Below are positions 62,990 to 64,000 of a DNA stretch of 64,000 nucleotides, piece after piece. Below the pieces are notes generated by a model, which worked only from the letters and a program-made list of their open reading frames with translations, searched no databases and was not told where the DNA came from. The DNA lies in assembly GCF_009834535.1 (NCBI RefSeq), contig NC_045696.1:101558001-101622000 (forward strand), in the 5' to 3' direction. The stretch is from Camelus ferus (lineage: Eukaryota). The translations under genes and the position numbers were made by a program. Within the stretch, counting starts at the first letter, position 1. Each line of letters begins with the position of its first letter.

Positions 62990-63960
62990 CATCATTTCAA
63001 TTTGTCCCACTGATAATGGTATTCACTTTGATCACTTGATTAATGTGGGATCTAAATATCCTGTTTCTTATCAAGCTTTTAGTTTATTCATTTACTTAAC
63101 TGTATCACCATAGACTCCTGGTTTTCTGTTTTGCCAATAGGTTGCAATCCATTCAAATATTTATTTTGATACTGAAATTGGACTTTGTTTCGTGGGAGCC
63201 CCTCCGAGAAGGCTTTGAATTCTTTCTTCTGCCACAAGATGACTCTGGCTTATTAAACTTCACCCACACCAGCCCTGAAAGCAGCATTTCTCAAAGGAGC
63301 CCTGGATACTTTTTGTGGAGAAAAGTGGTTACAGAATCCTGCCAGTGGGCAGAGCAAGGGAATAGACGTGTGCACACACTTAACATTCACAGACACACGT
63401 GTACATCAATGTTTAGTGGGTTTACAAACACATTAACTGTATTTAATTCTGTAGTTACCTATCTTTATCAATTTATCCTAAAAGCCATGAATTCACACTA
63501 ATACTGTTGAATCCAATCTACAGAGTCCATTCTAGTTTTCTCCCTTGCTATATTTGTAATACCATTTCCAACTATGAGAAACTGCTTCCCATTATCTTTA
63601 GGACATACATTCATTTGATTAGTTTCTCCATATATAGAGTCAATATCCCATTTCTGGATATTCCCCATTTAAAGATTCCAAAGCCAGCACAGGCGTTCTC
63701 CTCTGCCTGCTTGGGCTCTGACTCCCCACGCCAGCTGTAACCCCTCCATGGCCACCCCCTCAACTTGTTCAGACTCAAACATGGTACACAAGACCACCCA
63801 TCCCCAAGAATTTCTCTCTCACTCTGCTCAGGTTCAAACTAGCCATGCGGGGCCACCATCAGCTGTAGGTGCCCTTCTCTCCCTGCGAGACCTCTGACTG
63901 CCCGCCCACTCTGGGCCTCCCTGGCTCCCCATTCCCAAAGACATGGACACCTTTATCAAC
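62990..63960 (-). mobile_element. Old L1 (L1MC4/5-like) 3' region
   Basis: tttgatcacttgattaa, ttattttgatactgaaattg...gtgggagcccc, ccagccctgaaagcagcatttctcaaaggagccctgg. Confidence 0.65.
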
Positions 63961-64000
63961 CCCCATCTGAATTATTCAGGGAGGAAAAGGACGCAGGAAG

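Noticed and set aside
1..64000. Prokaryotic or viral system (CRISPR array, operon, retron, endogenous viral ORF)
   Set aside because: No repeat-spacer array, no long ORFs and no gag/pol/env or other viral peptides; the whole window reads as mammalian non-coding DNA

Overview
This is AT-rich, repeat-dense mammalian DNA (intronic or intergenic), most likely camelid (camel/alpaca/llama), judged from two tRNA-Ala-derived Vic-1-type SINEs at 5969 and 51650. I find no intact protein-coding gene, rRNA, true tRNA or CRISPR array. Almost all ORF-track entries are chance ORFs or fragments of L1/LTR repeats. The one recognisable gene-derived sequence is a processed (retro)pseudogene of BOLA2 on the minus strand (62540-62906), with 5'UTR, frameshifted CDS, ATTAAA signal, poly(A) and a 15-bp TSD. 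The rest is layered transposon debris: MIR, L2, L3/CR1, old L1M, MaLR MLT1 LTRs, MER5 hAT MITEs, and five younger 5'-truncated L1s with visible TSDs. One of those L1s looks twin-primed, with an inverted ORF1 piece and most of ORF2 deleted. Microsatellites and some unique stretches may be regulatory or hold unannotated minus-strand exons. I see no convincing new biological system. Repeat subfamily names come from recalled consensus motifs and repeat boundaries are approximate; neither was checked by a database search.
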